A stretch of DNA of 64,000 bases from Arenicellales bacterium. GTDB lineage: Bacteria > Pseudomonadota > Gammaproteobacteria > Arenicellales > JAJDZL01. The notes beneath the pieces were generated by a model. That model ran no database searches and had not been told where the DNA came from. It saw only the letters and a program-made list of their open reading frames with translations. Numbering within the stretch: position 1 is the stretch's first letter; every line of letters begins with the position of its first letter. Shown one piece after another: positions 15,239-24,931 of the stretch. The position numbers and the translations under genes were made by a program. Where the stretch lies: assembly GCA_963664525.1 (NCBI GenBank), contig OY761535.1, positions 975,314-1,039,313 on the forward strand, in the 5' to 3' direction.

Positions 15239-15733
15239 TTGAAAATAATCCGCATCAGAATTCTTGAAACCGAATTGCCCTATGTTGGCGGTGTGTATGC
15301 GTGGGGCGCAGGCAATGCATTTTCAACCTCAGTCAGTTCGGTCGTTGTTATCGACACCGATTCCGGCATCCTAGGTTGTGGAGAGTTCACACCTTGCGGG
15401 GAAAACTACATGGTCGCACACTCGGAGGGAGTCAAAGCATTTGCGAGACTAGCTGCGTCGAGATTGATCGGTGAAGACCCCAGATAAATCTCCCGTATTG
15501 AAATTTTGATGGATAACATCGTACAAGGTCACGGCTAAGCTAAATCTCCATTTGATGCAGCTTGTTGGGATATTTTGGGTAAAGCTTGTGAACAGCCAGT
15601 GTGGATGCTTTTAGGAGGTAAATTGACGGACGGCGCACCGATGTACCGGGTCGTTCCACAATCCACTGTACCCAAGATGATCCAGGAATTACAACAGTAC
15701 CGGAAAACTGGGTATCGTCACTTTCAGATTAAG
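15239..15733 (+). pseudogene. mandelate racemase/muconate lactonizing enzyme (enolase superfamily) gene, 5' part, with two in-frame TAA stops and truncated by IS insertion
   Basis: A single frame reads MKIIRIRILETELPY...GEDPR*ISRIEILMDNIVQGHG*AKSPFDAACWDILGKACEQPVWMLLGG...YRHFQIK. The stops are at 15485-15487 and 15536-15538. Confidence 0.85.
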
Positions 15734-17752
15734 CTGAAGTTCCAGAGCATAATCAAGGCTAAGTATTGCTAATTAAAGCATTTTGAGGCAATTCATTTTT
15801 CACCATTCTGCCTACATTTGCCGTTTCCTGAGTGGATAACTGATTGTCTTGAGTAAATCCAGCGCCCGTTGCTGCTTATCATTGGCGAGCGTTGTTAACT
15901 CAAACGGCACACCTTCAACGAGTCGATTCCGACAGGTGTTCTTGGTCATCGTCTCAAGATGTTCAATCAAAGTACGGAAACAGTGTGCCGGCGAGCCATC
16001 GTCCAATTGCTTGCTCGCGATCTTTTTCCTGGCTGCATCCGAACGCACTGCGCTGAGCACCGGATCCTGGGCCGCACTGCCTTCATCCAAGTCAGGGTCG
16101 GAGAACAATAACTCTCGCCACGCCTGCCTCATGTGCCACTCAACATAGTAAGCCAGCATGCACAAAAAGATATGTGCACGAACGCGCGCCTCAGTGTGAT
16201 GATGAACCGGACGGACCTGCAAATGAACCGTCTTGATGGTGCGAAACGCCCGCTCAACCCGACATAATCGCTTGTAGTTTCTGACACTCTCGGCCGCCGT
16301 CATTGAAGCCTCATCCAACGAGGTGCGAATCACGTATATCCCATCCAGACAAGCTTCCTCACCAATGCGCTCGTGGTTTCTGCGATAGCACAATGAATGG
16401 TCCGTAATCTCAACGATGAAATGCTTTTTCACCTTGCGTGAGTTGATCACTTCACCGACTCTCAGTCCAATCTCGGCGCTGCCCTTTAATCGCCCCTGGG
16501 CCACACTTTTTTCAATCCCCTTGAGTTTGTCCTCCGTCGCCGCCAATAACGCCTCGCGCGTGAGCGCACGTCGTTTCGCCAAAGACCGATTGCGACACGC
16601 CACCAACCGCTCACCGGGAAAATCCGGGTGCAGCACCTCAAACAGGTTCACCTCATCAAAACGACTGCGCGACAAATGACCGCTGCGCACCAGTTTTTTG
16701 ATCGATGGGCTCTTTAACGCACTGATCCATCCGATCCCATCGAGTTTGCGCAACGCATCAATGTTCACCTGCGTGACCATGCCCCGGTCCCCGACCACCA
16801 CCAACCGGTCAATGCCAAATCGTCCCTTGAGCCGGTTCACTTGCGGAATCAGAGTTTTGTTGTCGCGAAAAGAGCCGCGATACACGCTGACCCCCAAAGG
16901 ACGACCCTGACGGTCACACAACAGACCAAAGTTCACCTGCAATTTACCTTTCTTCGCGTCCTTGCTGTAGCCAAACTCCGCCAAAGGACACTTTGTGCCT
17001 TCCAGATAAGTTGAGGAAAGATCATACAGGGCAAGGGCTCCGGGCTTAAGGTGGCGTTTGACCAACTTGCCTTCAATCACATTTTGGCGCGTCAACAACC
17101 AGTCCATTGCACCGTAGAGTTCATCGGCATCGGCGCCGTCGATATCAAAGTAATCGGCCAGTGTGGTGTCGCGCCACCAGCGCACCGTGGCAAGCTTGGT
17201 ATGGGGGCGAATGATGCGCGCCGCGACCATGGCCAACACCAGGTCGCTGTGGCGCTCGCTTTGGCTGTTGATCAGATTTTTAAAGCCCAGTTGTTTAAAG
17301 GCGGTGAAGACCGCTTCGACGGCGCCGTGTTTACGGGTGTTGAGGATTTCGAAGGTGTCATCGGCATCGGCGAGTCGTTGGCCCTTGAGGTAGTTTCGAA
17401 TCAGGGTGATGAGCGGATCGGGCAGGTGGGTAATATTGGCCAGCGTCTTTTTTTGCGATTTACCGTTGTGGTCTCGGTAGCTGGTACGAACCAGGGTGGT
17501 GCGATAGGAATGACCGCCTTGTTTGGAGACGACAGTTGAGACGTGCATTGCGGGGTAATGTCGGGCCATATACTGCCTACGATCAAAAAAGCAATGAGCA
17601 TATTATAAGGCAACTTAGAGGAGCATATGGATTGTATCTTTTCTTATTACTGCCTACATATACAAAAATTGCAAGGCCAATGTATAGTCAAAAGATGTAG
17701 ATAATGAAAGGGTTAGATTGCCCGCACAGGCAAAATGGGCTCGGAACTTCAG
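15734..17752 (-). mobile_element. IS1634-family (IS4-superfamily) insertion sequence, 2019 bp
   Basis: Terminal inverted repeats: CTGAAGTTCCAGAGC on the left and CTGAAGTTCC-GAGC as the reverse complement of the right end. Flanking 6-bp direct repeat ATTAAG (15728-15733 and 17753-17758). Removing the element and one repeat copy restores CAC TTT CAG ATT AAG GTT GGT GCG GAC (HFQIKVGAD). Confidence 0.85.
15812..17569 (-). CDS. IS1634-family DDE transposase
   Basis: 585 aa. N-terminus VVSKQGGHSYRTTLVRTSYRDHNGKSQKKTLANITHL resembles the IS1634-type N-terminal pattern. VVVGDRGM and later acidic motifs are present. The gene is intact and visibly GC-richer than its surroundings. Confidence 0.85.
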   Translation of the reverse strand: MARHYPAMHVSTVVSKQGGHSYRTTLVRTSYRDHNGKSQKKTLANITHLPDPLITLIRNYLKGQRLADADDTFEILNTRKHGAVEAVFTAFKQLGFKNLINSQSERHSDLVLAMVAARIIRPHTKLATVRWWRDTTLADYFDIDGADADELYGAMDWLLTRQNVIEGKLVKRHLKPGALALYDLSSTYLEGTKCPLAEFGYSKDAKKGKLQVNFGLLCDRQGRPLGVSVYRGSFRDNKTLIPQVNRLKGRFGIDRLVVVGDRGMVTQVNIDALRKLDGIGWISALKSPSIKKLVRSGHLSRSRFDEVNLFEVLHPDFPGERLVACRNRSLAKRRALTREALLAATEDKLKGIEKSVAQGRLKGSAEIGLRVGEVINSRKVKKHFIVEITDHSLCYRRNHERIGEEACLDGIYVIRTSLDEASMTAAESVRNYKRLCRVERAFRTIKTVHLQVRPVHHHTEARVRAHIFLCMLAYYVEWHMRQAWRELLFSDPDLDEGSAAQDPVLSAVRSDAARKKIASKQLDDGSPAHCFRTLIEHLETMTKNTCRNRLVEGVPFELTTLANDKQQRALDLLKTISYPLRKRQM

Positions 17753-18367
17753 ATTAAGGTTGGTGCGGACTGACTTGGTGATATTGATCGGATTCGAGAA
17801 ACTGTTCCACTAATGCTCGCAGGTGAAAGAGCAATTGCAGATGCGAACCAGGGATGGCGGGTGGCCAATGCGATCAGGGTTGCTCGGGCAACTCGCAATT
17901 TGGACTACATTTTGGAACAGCCTTGTCAAACCTATGAACAGTGTCAGCAGGTGCGTCGAAAAACAGATCTACCAATGAAACTGGACGAGTGCCTTACAGG
18001 GATGAAATTTGCACAAACTATAGTCGCTGATCATGGCGCGGACATCTGCTGTTTGAAAATCTCTAATCTAGGTGGACTCAGCAAAGCTCGTCGAGTTCGG
18101 GATTTTCTACTCGAAAATCAAATCCCAGTTGTATCGGAAGATTCTTGGGGCGGTGAAATTGCAACCGCTGCAGTCGCCCACTTTTCTGCATCAACGCCAC
18201 AACAATTTCTTGTGAATTCAACAGACCTGATGAACTACAACACATCAAGTACGGGCATTGGCGGACCTACCGTGAGTGCAGGTCGGCTATTTGCCAATAA
18301 TTCACCTGGCCTGGGTGTGGCACCGCACTTTGAAAATTTAGGCTCACCTGTTGCAATTTACGAGTGA
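17753..18367 (+). pseudogene. enolase-superfamily (MR/MLE) gene, 3' part, with an in-frame TGA
   Basis: Reads IKVGAD*LGDIDRIRETVPLMLAGERAIADANQGW...LEQP...KLDEC...CCLKISNLGG (metal-ligand D/E/D and catalytic K motifs). TGA lies at 17771-17773, in the same frame as the 5' part. Confidence 0.85.
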
Positions 18368-18678
18368 CGAGAATTGCTCAAAGACTAACGATTTCGCCTC
18401 TACGTACGATGATAAAGCGACATCTGGTTCTCACCAATGATGCAAAATTGTCGCCGTTGATCACAAATTGGAGTCAAGAATTTTGTTTTTCCTTGTTGAA
18501 GACTGACGGATCAAATTGAGTATCATTAAGCCATCAATTTCAGGTTGGTTGCGATCCGAGCAAATTTGACTGTTTCCGTTATTCCGTTTACGGAAGTTAA
18601 GTGTTGCGTCGAAGGTTAATTTATTACGAAAATTGCCAAGATAGCAAACTGCCACCATCACTATTTGAGGATAACATC

Positions 18679-19380
18679 ATGCTTTTGCGCCGGACGCTAC
18701 TATGTATTCTGGTATTCGTATTCACAGCGAGTACACCTCTTATTTCAAGCTCACAAGAACCTGAACTTCAAACCCAAGAAGAACAGTTCAGTTATGCGCT
18801 TGGTATTCGGTTTGGATTACAGATTATTTCACAGCTGCAAAATTCGCAGTTGCCCTTAAATGGCGCTGCGCTTGCCCTTGGTGTCTCTGATGTTCTCTAT
18901 CAAAATGAATTAAGGCTGACAGATGAACAAATGCAGGCAGTAATGGCTGCTGTACAACAGGAAATACAAGATAGAGAAACTGAAATGAGGGAGGCAAGTG
19001 CTCAAATGGGTGAAGATTTTCGCGCTGAATATGCAAAACAAGATGGAGTTGAATCGACCGCAAATGGTGTTTTATACACGGTGATTATCGCAGGTGATGG
19101 TGCAACGCCAACGATAGACAATACCGTAACGGTACACTACAGAGGAACTCTGGTCGATGGTACAGAATTCGACAGTTCATACGGCCGTAGTGAACCGACG
19201 ACATTTCCACTCGGTTCGATCATTCCGGGTTGGCAAGAAGTCCTGCAGTTGATGAAAACAGGGTCAAAATGGGAAGTAGTCATCCCACCACAGTTGGCCT
19301 ACGGCGATAATGGTGCGCCGCCAGCGATTCCACCCAACGCAACTTTGGTATTTGAAATCGAACTCTTGGAAGTTCAGTAA
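18679..19380 (+). CDS. FKBP-type peptidyl-prolyl cis-trans isomerase (FkpA/Mip-like, secreted)
   Basis: Signal-peptide-like MLLRRTLLCILVFVFTAS from ATG 18679. The ORF-track start at 18601 adds 26 unlikely residues. FSYALG N-domain motif and C-terminal FKBP core VTVHYRGTLVDGTEFDSSY...IPGWQEVLQLM...LVFEIELLEV. Confidence 0.85.
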   Translation: MLLRRTLLCILVFVFTASTPLISSSQEPELQTQEEQFSYALGIRFGLQIISQLQNSQLPLNGAALALGVSDVLYQNELRLTDEQMQAVMAAVQQEIQDRETEMREASAQMGEDFRAEYAKQDGVESTANGVLYTVIIAGDGATPTIDNTVTVHYRGTLVDGTEFDSSYGRSEPTTFPLGSIIPGWQEVLQLMKTGSKWEVVIPPQLAYGDNGAPPAIPPNATLVFEIELLEVQ

Positions 19381-19404
19381 ATCAAAAATACGAAAAGAGT
19401 CGCG

Positions 19405-20343
19405 ATGCTAAATATCGAAGGTGCAGTCTTACTTTCGTCGACTGAAGAAAATCTTCCTCGTTGGACGGAAGAACTTCATAAAAATGCCCCAGAACTGGAC
19501 TTAAGGGTTTGGCCAGACGTTGGCCAGGAACAGGATATTGAGTTTGCTATTGTTGCCAGACCGCCACCAGGAGATTTAGCTCGATATCCTAACCTCAAAG
19601 CAATATTCTCAATGTGGGCCGGAGTTGCTGATTTGCTGGATGACAAAAGCATCGCACATCTTCCCATCGTGAGGATGACTGATCCGGGCTTGACGATAGG
19701 CATCGTCATCTACGTTGTCCACCATGTCACTGGATTGCATATTCTGGCGTCTGAATACAAGCCACGCTTGTGGTCTCATCCGTTTCGAATTGATAACAAA
19801 GCACCGGATACGACCTGCGTTGGAATATTGGGTCTCGGGGTATTAGGCACCGCTTGTGCAACAGCTTTAGCGCAGTTGGGTTTCAAAGTGATCGGGTTCA
19901 GCAACAGCCAAAAAGAGATTCCAGGTGTTCAGTCCTATGCCGGTGAAGCACAATTGCAAACCTTTCTCGGACAAACCGATATTTTGGTTTGCATTTTGCC
20001 GAATACGTCTGAAACTCATAACTTTATGAATCGAAAAACCCTGGCTTATCTTCCAACTGGTGCGAAGATAATCAATTGCGGCCGAGGAGAATCGATTGAT
20101 GATGATGCTTTGCTTGAGGCATTGCGATCAGGACACATCAGTCAAGCTGTATTGGATGTATTTCGTACCGAACCTTTGCCACCTGAGCACGTCTATTGGG
20201 GCGAACCCAACGTGCAAGTTACTCCTCATTGCGCCAGCAAGCCCGACCCCATAACGGGTAGCGTAATGATTCTCCAAAAGATGGGACAGTTCTTAAGAGG
20301 TGAAGTGATTGAAGGAGTTGTGGATCGCGAGCAGTCCTACTGA
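19405..20343 (+). CDS. ghrA: glyoxylate/hydroxypyruvate reductase A (D-2-hydroxyacid dehydrogenase family)
   Basis: 312 aa, the same length as E. coli GhrA. GILGLGVLG NAD motif; PGVQSYAGEAQLQTFL, LPNTSET, VLDVFRTEPLPPEH, TPH, and C-terminal VDREQSY parallel GhrA. Confidence 0.8.
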   Translation: MLNIEGAVLLSSTEENLPRWTEELHKNAPELDLRVWPDVGQEQDIEFAIVARPPPGDLARYPNLKAIFSMWAGVADLLDDKSIAHLPIVRMTDPGLTIGIVIYVVHHVTGLHILASEYKPRLWSHPFRIDNKAPDTTCVGILGLGVLGTACATALAQLGFKVIGFSNSQKEIPGVQSYAGEAQLQTFLGQTDILVCILPNTSETHNFMNRKTLAYLPTGAKIINCGRGESIDDDALLEALRSGHISQAVLDVFRTEPLPPEHVYWGEPNVQVTPHCASKPDPITGSVMILQKMGQFLRGEVIEGVVDREQSY

Positions 20344-20354
20344 ACTATATTGAC

Positions 20355-21908
20355 TCAACTCGAAAAATAGTTTTCCAAAAACGTGTCAAAGTCGATCTTT
20401 TCAGATTGTTCTAGTTCAATTTGATCTGCAATAGATTGCTCGGCAATCGTCCGATAGCGTTCGATCTCATTTGAATCGAGTTGGATTTGGTTGAGAGTTG
20501 ATTTTGTTTGCTCAGCCATGCGCATTGCAAAAGTAAAGAACGGCTCATCGTTTTCCAGCAGTTGCGTCAAAATTTGTGCCGATGGAGTTAAGCCCGGATC
20601 GTCAAATTTCCTTCGCTGTTCATTTAAAGCTTGAAGATACAGATCACCACCCAATGTACGATCGAAAACCGTGGCGATCTCCTCCAGATATGCGAGCAAA
20701 TCAAGCCCCCAACTGACGAGTGAGACAGAACGGCCGTTCTGCTGAAGTTCCAAACCTGGTGAGCGACCACCTAGAACAATCATGTCTTTATTTGAAGTAA
20801 TCATTTTTTGCTGATTTGCTGTCATTGGTGCAACTGGATTGAGCAGGCAGAACATCAAAAATAGATCCATGAATAGCGCCTGATTTTCAGATATGCCAAT
20901 TGGACTGAAAGGGTCGAGATCAAGACATCTTACTTCCAGGTATTCGACTCCTCGGGATTTTAAGGCTGCTGTTGGCTTTTCTTGCGACATGGTTCTTCGT
21001 TTCGGGCGAATAACAGAGTAGTACTCATTCTCAATTTGTAATAGATTCGTATTCAACTGCAAATACTCGCCGTTAGCCTTGGTACCATATTCGGCATATT
21101 TTTGAAATGGTCGATTGATCACGCGACTTAGAGTTTCGATATAGCCAGCGATTGAGTTGTGATCAATTCTGATTTCAGATTGAATCGGGTTGCGGTATCC
21201 AAAATTACTCATTCTCAAGGATGTTGCATATTCACCGTAAAGCGTATGTGAATCGAGTTTGGTTAGGTCTGCCGGATCCGTACCATCGAAGAACGATCGA
21301 CAGGCGGCAGGTGAGGCACCAAACAAAAAAAACAACAGCCAGCCATGATGGAGGAAATTTCGTGTTCCCGCTAAATAAGCATTCGACACCGCATAGAAGT
21401 CATTTTCTGTCGACACGATATCAAGCGCTTCCCAGAATGAGTCGGGAACCGAAAAATTGTAATGCAGACCTGCAATCACCTGCATCTTTCGACCGTATCG
21501 TAGTCCGAGTCCGCGGCGGTATACATTTTTCATCCGACCGACATTGGATGTCCCAAACTCGGCTATAGGTATTGAGCTTTCGTCGCTCAGTAAGCAAGGC
21601 AAGCTGTTGACCCACAGCAATTCCTCATCGATATGAGTGTAGACAATTTTGTGCAATATCTCCAGATGCTGCAGCATCTGCGGTATTGACAAGTACGTTG
21701 GCGTAACCAGTTCAAGCAACGCCTCGGAATAATCAGTGGTGATGTAGGGGTGAGTCAATGCTGAGCCCAACGAGCGAGGATGTGCCATTTTGGACAGGTG
21801 CCCATCCGGCGTGATGCGCAGGCTTTCTTTTTCAATTCCACGCTTAATCTGAGGAATGATGACGTCTGCCGAATTAGACAGTTGTTTCAGCCTTTTATCA
21901 AAACTCAT
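20355..21908 (-). CDS. gshA: glutamate--cysteine ligase
   Basis: 517 aa. KRGIEKESLRITPDG, HPYITTDYSEALLELVTP and RMSNFGY motifs are characteristic of proteobacterial GshA. Confidence 0.92.
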   Translation of the reverse strand: MSFDKRLKQLSNSADVIIPQIKRGIEKESLRITPDGHLSKMAHPRSLGSALTHPYITTDYSEALLELVTPTYLSIPQMLQHLEILHKIVYTHIDEELLWVNSLPCLLSDESSIPIAEFGTSNVGRMKNVYRRGLGLRYGRKMQVIAGLHYNFSVPDSFWEALDIVSTENDFYAVSNAYLAGTRNFLHHGWLLFFLFGASPAACRSFFDGTDPADLTKLDSHTLYGEYATSLRMSNFGYRNPIQSEIRIDHNSIAGYIETLSRVINRPFQKYAEYGTKANGEYLQLNTNLLQIENEYYSVIRPKRRTMSQEKPTAALKSRGVEYLEVRCLDLDPFSPIGISENQALFMDLFLMFCLLNPVAPMTANQQKMITSNKDMIVLGGRSPGLELQQNGRSVSLVSWGLDLLAYLEEIATVFDRTLGGDLYLQALNEQRRKFDDPGLTPSAQILTQLLENDEPFFTFAMRMAEQTKSTLNQIQLDSNEIERYRTIAEQSIADQIELEQSEKIDFDTFLENYFSS

Positions 21909-22173
21909 GATTTGACATCAACTCGAAAGAAATTGTGGCTGAATATAATTCATTGTTCTACTGGGGTCCGTACAAATGGTGGAGCATTGTAAATTAAGGG
22001 GACGGATTCAAAACCCCGCAATTATCTTTTTAATCTTGATGCAGCAACGATTTGATTAATTGAGATGGGTATCGGGGATCTCAGGTTTATCAGATGTGCA
22101 ATAGTATGAATATCAGAATTGTTCAGTTAACTGGCTCTAGCGCCTTGTTTCTGAATCAAATAGGGGAGTAAAC

Positions 22174-22905
22174 ATGTCGACTTGGCTCGTGATATTTCGC
22201 CGGGAATTGGCCGACTATTTTTATACACCGATTGCCTATGTATTTCTGATTATTTTTCTTGCTTTAAACAGCGTGCTGACATTCTATGTCGGTGGTTTTT
22301 TTCACCTTGAACAAGCCGACTTGAACACATTTTTCAGCTTTCATCCATGGTTGTATTTGGTACTGGCACCAGCACTGGGAATGCGCTTATGGGCGGAAGA
22401 AAGGAAAACCGGAACGATTCAAACGCTATTGACGTTGCCAATAGGACTTGCATCTGCAGTTTGGGGTAAATTCTTAGCAGCCTGGATTTTCACCGCTTTT
22501 GCACTGATATTGACCACCCCAATCTGGTTGACCGTAAATTATTTGGGAAATCCAGACAACGGTGCGATACTCGCTGCATACTTTGGCAGCCTGCTGATGG
22601 CAGGGGGATATTTGGCAATCAGCAGTTGTGCATCAGCACTCAGTCAAAACCAGGTGGTGTCATTTGTCATAGGCGTTATCATCGGAATTTTCTTCACTCT
22701 AGGTGAAGTGACGCTGGTGCAGGACCTGTTGACTCCTTTTCTGGCCCACACCGTATTGGAAGCGATTGCTGGTTTGAGTTTCTTAAGTCATTTTGGGCAA
22801 ATGGCAAAGGGAGTCATTTCCTTGTCAAACGTGATATTTTTCCTTTCCGTTTCAGTTTTGTTTCTTTATCTGAATGTCGTTGTGCTGGCAACGACTAGTA
22901 AATAA
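22174..22905 (+). CDS. ABC-2 type transporter permease (GldF-like)
   Basis: 243 aa and multi-TM. N-terminal FRRELADYFYTPIAYVFLIIFL and WAEERKTGTIQTLLTLP are typical of ABC-2/GldF-type permeases. Confidence 0.75.
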   Translation: MSTWLVIFRRELADYFYTPIAYVFLIIFLALNSVLTFYVGGFFHLEQADLNTFFSFHPWLYLVLAPALGMRLWAEERKTGTIQTLLTLPIGLASAVWGKFLAAWIFTAFALILTTPIWLTVNYLGNPDNGAILAAYFGSLLMAGGYLAISSCASALSQNQVVSFVIGVIIGIFFTLGEVTLVQDLLTPFLAHTVLEAIAGLSFLSHFGQMAKGVISLSNVIFFLSVSVLFLYLNVVVLATTSK

Positions 22906-23002
22906 TGACAATGCAAGATTTCCCAGCCAAGTGCGACTGCTTCCTCCCTAATACTCAATTTTTGCTTTGCAGTTCAGACAGACTTACTTGAAACCCTTCA
23001 AT

Positions 23003-24931
23003 ATGAAATTACGAAAAATTGAAAGCAGTGTTTCGATTGCTGTGTCCACAGTTTTTGCAATCATACTGTTTTTCGCAATCAACCTCGCGAGCGGGGAATT
23101 GCTAGTGCGATTCAGGTTGGATTTAAGCGAAAATCAACTCTACACGCTCTCAACTCAAAGTGTTTCAACACTACAATCGCTGAATGAATCCATAGACTTA
23201 ACCTTATTCGTGACTCGCTCAGATTTGGTTGGCATACCTGGTGTCGGTACTTACGCCAGCCGTGTCGAGGATCTGCTGCGAGAATTTGAGCGCTTGTCCA
23301 AAGGCAAGATTACATTCAACATTGTTGATCCGCAACCTTTTTCAGAAGCCGAAGATCTTGCAGTCGGTCACGGTCTGGAAGGCATTACGCTCCAAAATAA
23401 CAACAAGCTTTATTTTGGCCTAGTCGCGACCAACAGTATTGATGGTGTGCAGGTCATCCCACATTTTTTTCTAGAACGTGAAGAATTGCTGGAATACGAC
23501 CTGATTCGACTCATCATCCAACTCGACGGCCGCGCTCGTAAAAAAGTTGGTTTGATCAGTTCGTTGCCCGTACAGGGGACGGGTGGATTCCTGCAAGATT
23601 CCTCCTCTCAACAGGGACCGTGGACCTTTCTTGTGCAGCTTGATGAAATATTCGATCTTGAAATTCTTTCGCCATCAATTGATTCCTTGCCGACAGATAT
23701 CGAATTGCTGTTTTTACTTCATCCTCGAAATCTGTCAGATAGCTTGCTTTACGAAATCGATCAATTTGTACTTGGTGGTAACAGCCTGTTACTTGCCGTC
23801 GATCCATATTCTGAAGTATTGGCGTCAATTCTAGGAACCACGCAACTGTCAGACCTCGATACCGGGTCGGACCTCAATCAATTGACCAAGCAGTGGGGAA
23901 TCAGCTTGAAACAAGGCAATATTGTCGGTGATCTGCCCATTGCAGCCCGGGTACTGGAAGGAGATGGCTCCTCAGGTCGCACCGTCGATTACCCGGTATG
24001 GATGAACATTCAGCCAAAACAACTCAATCCCCATGATGTCATTACTGCCAAATTGGGGAATCTGATCTTTGCAACAGCAGGCGTGTTTGACCTGGATACC
24101 GAATTACCGACAGAAATTACCCCTCTCATTCGAACATCGGATGAAGCAAAGCTCTATGAGATTGAAAACTTTATCGGGATATCACAAATCAACGAACTGC
24201 TGATAGACTACCAAGGCGCCAAACAGCAATGGCCAATGGCAGTTCGGGTGAGGGGTACAGCTCAAAGCGCATTCCCCAATGGCAGACCTGATTCTGACAA
24301 TGACACAACCCTGACTCCGACAACAGCTCAACACAAATTGGAAGGACAAATTGACGTTGTCATGATTGCGGATACTGATTTCCTACACGATCGATTCTGG
24401 GTTCGTATGCAGCAAGCGTTAGGACAGACACTGCTATTCGCAGAAGCATCCAATGGTGAATTCATAAACAATGCCATCGACAATCTGTCAGGTGATAACA
24501 GCTTGATTGGTGTGCGAACGCGTGGCCGCTCGTTCAGGCCATTTGTCCTGACCCAACAAATTCGTCAAGAAGCAGAACAAAAGTATCTTCAGCACGAAAA
24601 TGACCTGCGACAGGAACTTCAAAGAATTGAAGCTTTTTTGACAGATTACGCCACAAACCAGACGGAGTCCTCTTCAGAACTGATCATCACTGACGAACAA
24701 CGCAATGAGCTCAAGCAAATTCGAGACAGCCAGTTGTCGATACGACGTCAATTGCGGGAGGTGCAGCATAATCTAGTTAAAGATATTCAGCAACTTGAAA
24801 ACCAACTGACGTTATTGAACTTTTTGGTAGTCCCCATCTTGCTGGCAATCGCCGGCACCTTGGTTTGTACCATTGGCGCTCGCAAACGCGATCGCAAACT
24901 TGCACACAATGTTTCTGTAAACCTGCGTTGA
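23003..24931 (+). CDS. GldG-like ABC-transporter auxiliary protein
   Basis: N-terminal TM, then LDLSENQLYTLSTQSVSTLQSLNESIDLTLFVT, and a C-terminal TM (LLNFLVVPILLAIAGTLV). ATG 23003 is preferred to the TTG at 22967. Confidence 0.7.
   Translation: MKLRKIESSVSIAVSTVFAIILFFAINLASGELLVRFRLDLSENQLYTLSTQSVSTLQSLNESIDLTLFVTRSDLVGIPGVGTYASRVEDLLREFERLSKGKITFNIVDPQPFSEAEDLAVGHGLEGITLQNNNKLYFGLVATNSIDGVQVIPHFFLEREELLEYDLIRLIIQLDGRARKKVGLISSLPVQGTGGFLQDSSSQQGPWTFLVQLDEIFDLEILSPSIDSLPTDIELLFLLHPRNLSDSLLYEIDQFVLGGNSLLLAVDPYSEVLASILGTTQLSDLDTGSDLNQLTKQWGISLKQGNIVGDLPIAARVLEGDGSSGRTVDYPVWMNIQPKQLNPHDVITAKLGNLIFATAGVFDLDTELPTEITPLIRTSDEAKLYEIENFIGISQINELLIDYQGAKQQWPMAVRVRGTAQSAFPNGRPDSDNDTTLTPTTAQHKLEGQIDVVMIADTDFLHDRFWVRMQQALGQTLLFAEASNGEFINNAIDNLSGDNSLIGVRTRGRSFRPFVLTQQIRQEAEQKYLQHENDLRQELQRIEAFLTDYATNQTESSSELIITDEQRNELKQIRDSQLSIRRQLREVQHNLVKDIQQLENQLTLLNFLVVPILLAIAGTLVCTIGARKRDRKLAHNVSVNLR

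Noticed and set aside
17051-17539. 162-aa plus-strand ORF inside the IS element
   Set aside because: It is antisense to the intact transposase gene in a GC-rich segment where long spurious ORFs are expected, and its composition is Gly/Ala/Val-rich without motifs.
15485-17773. Possibility that the three in-frame stops in the MR/MLE gene reflect recoding (selenocysteine or read-through)
   Set aside because: Two of the stops are TAA and one is TGA. No SECIS-like hairpin is evident, and the same gene is also split by an IS. Pseudogenisation is the simpler explanation.
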